In this document: in pieces, positions 59,095 through 64,000 of the stretch
Layout: each line of letters begins with the position of its first letter
How positions within the stretch are numbered: position 1 is the stretch's first letter
NCBI RefSeq assembly: GCF_964204645.1
Contig: NC_134027.1
Span: 27,118,560-27,182,559 of the forward strand
Length of the DNA stretch: 64,000 bases
Direction of reading: 5' to 3'
Source of the DNA: Tubulanus polymorphus
Lineage: Eukaryota; Animalia; Nemertea
Program-made: the position numbers and the translations under genes
Notes under the pieces: generated by a model
What the model saw: the letters and a program-made list of their open reading frames with translations, nothing else
Told to the model about the DNA's origin: nothing
Databases searched by the model: none

Positions 59095-60817
59095 GATAGT
59101 TACATGACAGTCCCACAGATAGAACAGTGTATAACAACAATTAACCATCGAAATAATCATCAGGATCCAGTTCCACAGTTCTGAGTTAAGATTTGACTCG
59201 GAGCTAACTCATTGAAAATGAACTAACTTTTAACTCCGAGTTAACTCTAACTCACGACTGTGAAACTGGGTCCATAAGGCTGTGCTTCGTAACCCGGTAC
59301 TTTAGGCTTTTTATTTCATTACTATGCGTACGGATCAGCCGCGCACGGAATATCAAATCAACAAAAATTTCTATTTAATCATCCGTAATGCGATGTTAAG
59401 AATGTGTGTATTTATTCCCTTCTCCATTCTGAATTTTAGTCTCCAAAGAATCCGTACTCAAGTAAGTAATTCAAAGAAAAAAACCTAAAACCATGAAAAT
59501 AGTCGTCAAAGTGCTGAGCGTTCTACTGAAACATGCAATAAATATCAATCAGATAAAATCATGCTGAAAATATCTACGTCTAAATTTGAAATAGTTTTTT
59601 TATACCTATTACATTTTATTCGCCATGCAGTAAGAAATAATTCGAGGCATCCGGGACCGTTAGGCCCTCGAATTCTAGGACGTATTAGAAAATCGCTTTC
59701 ATCGGTTTCAAATCCTTCGGTATCGCTGGACAACATGAGGGGTACTTCATCGAGTCTCCGATACGCAGAATCATTATCGGGGAATCTACAGCAAAGCCAG
59801 AAGAAAAACAAAACAAAAATCTAAATCAATTCAGAAAATAACGACCGAAAATTCAAAAAAATTATCGTTAATTTTGAATGAAAGATTAATGAAAAATTAT
59901 CAGTCCCAAGGTCATCGTCGATTTGGAACAAATTTTTGTTTTTTTTCCTTCTGGCTTCGGTTTTAAACGCGATCGAATTTTCTCGCACAACATTTAAAAC
60001 TAAGGTGAAAATACCGAACGACAATATCACGAATTTCTGATCGATTTCGTGATTTTGTTCCTAAATGAACTGAAGATAAAAATAAAAGGTGGATCGGATT
60101 ATAAACTAAATCATCATGCTCAAAATGAAATCTAAAAACAGAAATAAAGCTACGAGAAATCGAGAAAATGAAAAGCAATAATAAATCAATTTAGGCAGAA
60201 ATTAAACGATAATATATGATGATAGTGTCGAAAGAGAGAGAGGGTGAAAGCATGACCTTGGGACTGTCATGTATACATTCACAATAAGATAAATACAGTA
60301 TATTGTGATCAGGGACATGAGCGAGGGCAATCCAGAGACTGTTAGTTAGTCTAGTGGGATTTCTAGAGATAGGAAACCCCCCTCTCCTGTCAAAAATTGT
60401 GACAGTTCATCATCTATCATATAATTTTTTTGTTACAAATAGACCAATATTTTCACACTTAAGTTTCAGCTTAAATCACATTAAATAAAATAATGCATCC
60501 AATGTCGGTACAGTTGAATCATTGAGAGATTTACGAAACGAGAAGTCACTCACACTACACCAGCCGGCTACAGGGCTGGGCAGGTCGAGTGACTCTTACT
60601 CAGTACACAGTAGTCTGACTCGGGGGGAATCCCGATCCGGAGACGTTTTTAGACAGTAATCAACGCGATTTCGATGTTGAATTTACCTTCAATAAATGCT
60701 CTGTATATTCGAGTAGATGTTCATTAATGAAATTGTTCTTATTTACCTGAATTTTCGGGCTCTTTTTGCACTTTTTCGTTCGTCATCGTCTAAAATCGGC
60801 GACAGTTCAGTCGCCAT
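45481..60817 (-). CDS. ATP9B: Class II P4-ATPase phospholipid flippase (ATP9A/B ortholog, ATP9B-like N-terminus), more than 20 exons
   Basis: Exon 1 [11 protein letters not shown] (60817-60747), [33 protein letters not shown], phosphorylation motif [41 protein letters not shown] and C-terminal [12 protein letters not shown]. Confidence 0.95.
45788..46391. repeat. 44-bp minisatellite, about 13.7 copies, derived from the arm of MITE family B
   Basis: Unit AGAGTTAACTCTAACTCACAACTGTGGAAGTGGATCCTGAGTTC matches the MITE end at 9363-9401. Confidence 0.95.
52750..52928 (-). repeat. 43-bp x 4 tandem repeat duplicating an ATP9B splice acceptor and exon start
   Basis: Minus-strand unit TTTATTAATTTCTATGTATTTTCAG|GGTTTCACCGGACCRTGG. 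Confidence 0.9.
53433..54262. repeat. 60-bp minisatellite, about 14 copies, containing a pogo-like terminal sequence
   Basis: Unit GATCAGACTTGAGCGGAGTCTACTGTACCATCCAACTCAGATATCACTCTCAAGTCAAAA. The reverse complement includes TA-CAGTAGACTCCGCTCAAGTC. Confidence 0.95.
54626..54804 (-). repeat. 67-bp x about 2.7 tandem repeat duplicating an ATP9B splice acceptor and exon start
   Basis: CAG|GATCAGAGAGTTCCCGCTGATA recurs, with acceptor copies at 54648, 54715 and 54782. Confidence 0.9.
54805..55185. repeat. 37-bp G-rich minisatellite with two unit variants in higher-order arrangement
   Basis: GAGGAGCTGGTGGTCATTGGGGTCTGG followed by CCTTCCAAAC (A) or TCTTGTGACC (B). Order: A B A A B A A B A B'. 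Confidence 0.95.
57170..57477. repeat. Degenerate tandem array of about 60-bp mini-hairpins related to MITE family B
   Basis: About 5 units of CCACAGT...GAGTTACAGTAACT...TGTGGAACTGTGGAGCCT. Confidence 0.75.
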
Positions 60818-61051
60818 GTTGGCACTGCTGATCGGAAAGTATTTGACGGAGCGACTTTTATATCTGGACATTTAATTCCAATTAAAACACATTCCCATAA
60901 TATAATTCAGGATCTAACACAGCGCATGGATAGCTACATGTCAATCGTGTCTGATTTTAATCAAATTACGCCAGTTTTCGCTGTTTTTAGTTATTTCAAA
61001 ACAGGAATCCACGAATAATCCCGATCCGCGTTTTATTACAAATAGCGGAAA

Positions 61052-61232
61052 GCTCCGAGTAAATTCAAATCAGAGCGTCCATTCTGTGACGGCGCTACCA
61101 CATCCAAGCTAGGGTTAGGGTTAGGGCAAGCGTTAACCCTAGGGTTAGGGTTATCCATAACCAGGAAATTCCCTAGTTAGCGCACCGACAGGTACCGCAA
61201 TATGGCCGTCCTGATTCGGATATTTTCGGAGC
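61052..61232. mobile_element. Imperfect hairpin element with central telomere-type TTAGGG repeats
   Basis: Arms GCTCCGAGTAAATTCAAATCAGAGCGTCCAT / ATGGCCGTCCTGATTCGGATATTTTCGGAGC. TAGGGTTAGGGTTAGGG and TAACCCTAGGGTTAGGGTTA lie at 61110-61153. Confidence 0.55.
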
Positions 61233-61742
61233 CAACCTCTTTATCCAACAAGGAAGTAAAATATTTCCCAGCTGCCAGTGCGCGCTTCATAGTTGTCAAA
61301 ATAATTTTAAATGACATCAAAAATTATTTTTCTGACGTGAATTAATTGATATCTAGCGATAAGAGGGTTCCATAGGTAACAATCTGTTGATTCTGTTGTT
61401 AATATTTGATGTATTTTATTTTTCAACCCGAAAAAAGCTTCATTTAACGAAAAATATCTCATTCCAAAATCAATTCAAATCAAATCAAGAATAAAGCTAA
61501 GCAATGGAATGATGCGTTGCAATCGAATTCTTTCTTATGAATTACCTGTTTTTGAATTTCAGTGAAAATGAACAATCTGTAATAATCAGAGCAAGGCTGC
61601 AGCTTTTGTGTTCTAAAACAACAGAGCTGAGGGTATTATTCCTTAAACTGTGATTTGAAGTCATGTTGACAAGATGCTACTACAGTTCTCATAGTTAGTT
61701 AGTTTGAATACGCCACCGTTGAGAGTGAGGTTTGTTGGAACA

Positions 61743-64000
61743 ATGTCTCTGGATTTATATCAGAAAATTAAAGTTATCGGCAAAGGCAGTTACGGTCAGG
61801 TTTGGCTATCAAAACATCGAAAAGATCGCAAACAGGTATGATATAATATCTCATCTAAAATATCCCATCTCAAATATATCATCTCAAATATCTCATCTCA
61901 AATATATTATCTCAAATATATCAAATATCTCAGTAGCTCTCAGTGGAATAAAGCGTGATGTTGTTACATTCACTCTCAGTGCTGAATGACAAGTGGGTTA
62001 GAGTCCTGCTGGAAGCTGCTTACGGAGTCAGAGTGCTGGCGGGCGACACTGTGTGGTCTCGTCATGAGTTTAAACGAACAATGATCCACGAGGGTTATAG
62101 TCTCTGTCGGGGAAACCAACATCCCAACGACTTACAAACTAATATATCATTTATATAAAATCTTTCTACTTATTATATAAAATCTTTCTACTGTCGTATA
62201 ATTAATTATTCTGTGTTTATAATTTTTAGTACGTGTTGAAAAAAATTGATTTACAAAATGCGTCTAAAAGAGAACGAAAAGCAGCCGAACAGGAAGTGAA
62301 ATTATTATCGCGTTTAAAACATCCGAATATCGTCGCTTATAAAGATTCGTTCGAATGCGACGACGGTTATTTATATATCGCTATGGGTTACTGCGAGGGC
62401 GGAGATCTATATAACAGACTGAAAGAACAGAAAGGAGTTCCGTTAGAAGAGAGACAAGTTGTTGAATGGTTCGTTCAGATTGCTATGGCTTTACAAGTAA
62501 GTGTCTCGCTGTTACAGGTGGCGCTGTTACAGGTGGATCTTGATAAATTGGTCTAAAATATTAGGAATGGCTGAAAGACGCGAGTTCCCTTTTAATGTCG
62601 GTATACTGAAATCTGTAAAGGAGTAAATTTGAAATGACGCAATTTTCAAGAGGACCCCCAAACCCCCCTCCCCCCTTAGATCGACCAATGATGATTGCTT
62701 TAATGATTGATCTAGTCATAATTTCGATTGATTTTTCCAGTACATGCACGAACGCAATATCTTACATCGAGATCTGAAAACACAAAATATATTCCTGACT
62801 AAAAGTAAAATCATAAAAGTTGGAGATTTAGGGATAGCGAGGTTTGTACCGTATTAATCAAGTATTAATTGACTCTTCGTTCGATGATTAACGATGTTGA
62901 TTGTTTTGAATTCAGGGTTTTGGAAGGAACTAATGACATGGCTACGACATTAATTGGAACTCCATATTACATGAGCCCGGAATTATTTTCGAATAAACCT
63001 TATAATCACAAGGTATATCAGTATTAGCCGATAAAATCCTAACTTCGCATTAAACTAGTTTGTAATTTCGTCCAATTTGGTTTCTATTTACAGTCGGATG
63101 TTTGGGCGCTTGGATGCTGCGTTTATGAAATGTCGACTTTAAAACATGCTTTCAACGCTAAAGATATGAATTCATTAGTTTACAAAATACTCAAGGGAAA
63201 AGTTAGTACTTCACGTCGCTCACTATTTCTATTTCTATTTGAACAGAATTCTTGATAACTGGTTGATGAATGTTTCAGATGCCGTCGATGCCGAAACAGT
63301 ACAGCCCCGAATTATTAGATCTCATTAAAGCGATGTTAAATCAACATCCCGAGAAAAGACCAAGCGTTAATCGAATTCTTCGAGATAATTATATCAAACG
63401 AAATATCGCGATATTCTTAGAAGGAACGAAAAGAAGGTACGATATTTATAATATACAATATTCATTTCATCGGATCAATATTCATCATCAAATGATAGGA
63501 ATACATGGAACATGACACAATTAGTAGATCGATGATGGTGGCCTAGACAAAGCCATAAAGGCTGTACAGTCACTAGGACGTTCAGGCCCCTTGAGAAAAA
63601 AGTTGATAAGTAGAAATCATAATAAGCTGCTAATAATGGTAAGGAATTATAAATAATTAAGTGGAAAAAAAAAAGAAATATCTGCTGATATTTGAATAAA
63701 TATTTTAGATACGAAATAAAGATTGATTGATGTTTTATTTTGCAGCAGAAGAAGCAGTTCATCGAGCAGCGTCGCGAGCAGTCGACCGAATTCATCGTCC
63801 GGCCGACTCAGTTCAGGTCGACCTCCGACTGTTGACCGGTCGTCTGGACGACCTACGAGCGAATCGCGGAATCAGGAAGTGTCTCGATCGGAATCAGCGA
63901 AATCGGTGAATCGTGACAGTAGTAGTAATAATAACAATGATAGTAAAAATGGAGTAAAAGCAGTAGTTGTAGATCCGCAGCAGCAGCAGGTGCGGGCGAT
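61743..64000 (+). CDS. NEK4: NIMA-related kinase 4, 5' part (continues beyond the window)
   Basis: [82 protein letters not shown] and [34 protein letters not shown]. Confidence 0.93.

Noticed and set aside
61110-61400. Telomerase RNA (TAACCCTA template-like sequence)
   Set aside because: The repeats occur in both orientations inside a hairpin element. I saw no pseudoknot, CR4/5 or H/ACA domain.

Overview
AT-rich, compact, intron-containing animal genomic DNA, probably a marine invertebrate (a lophotrochozoan origin is inference only). It is not prokaryotic. By hand-splicing I find: the last exon of an unidentified gene; a 236-aa chromodomain + RS-rich + C-terminal transmembrane protein (-) head-to-head with a small SEL1-repeat membrane protein (+); ZC3H18 (-); VPS4 (-); a variant-looking U1 snRNA gene (+); an intronless ankyrin/SOCS-box gene (+); cathepsin A (+); an enlarged ARMC10-like gene (-) head-to-head with MRPS25 (+); DPM1 (-); three intronless MPV17L2-like genes; ATP9B (-); and the 5' part of NEK4 (+). 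Introns carry many MITEs (Harbinger-, pogo-, piggyBac- and P-like), Penelope/hammerhead-like remnants and minisatellites, several of which grew from MITE arms or duplicate splice acceptors. The best candidate for an undescribed system is the tail-anchored chromodomain-RS protein at 2581-3924, whose architecture suggests a direct chromatin-to-nuclear-membrane tether. All gene names come from motif recognition, not database searches.
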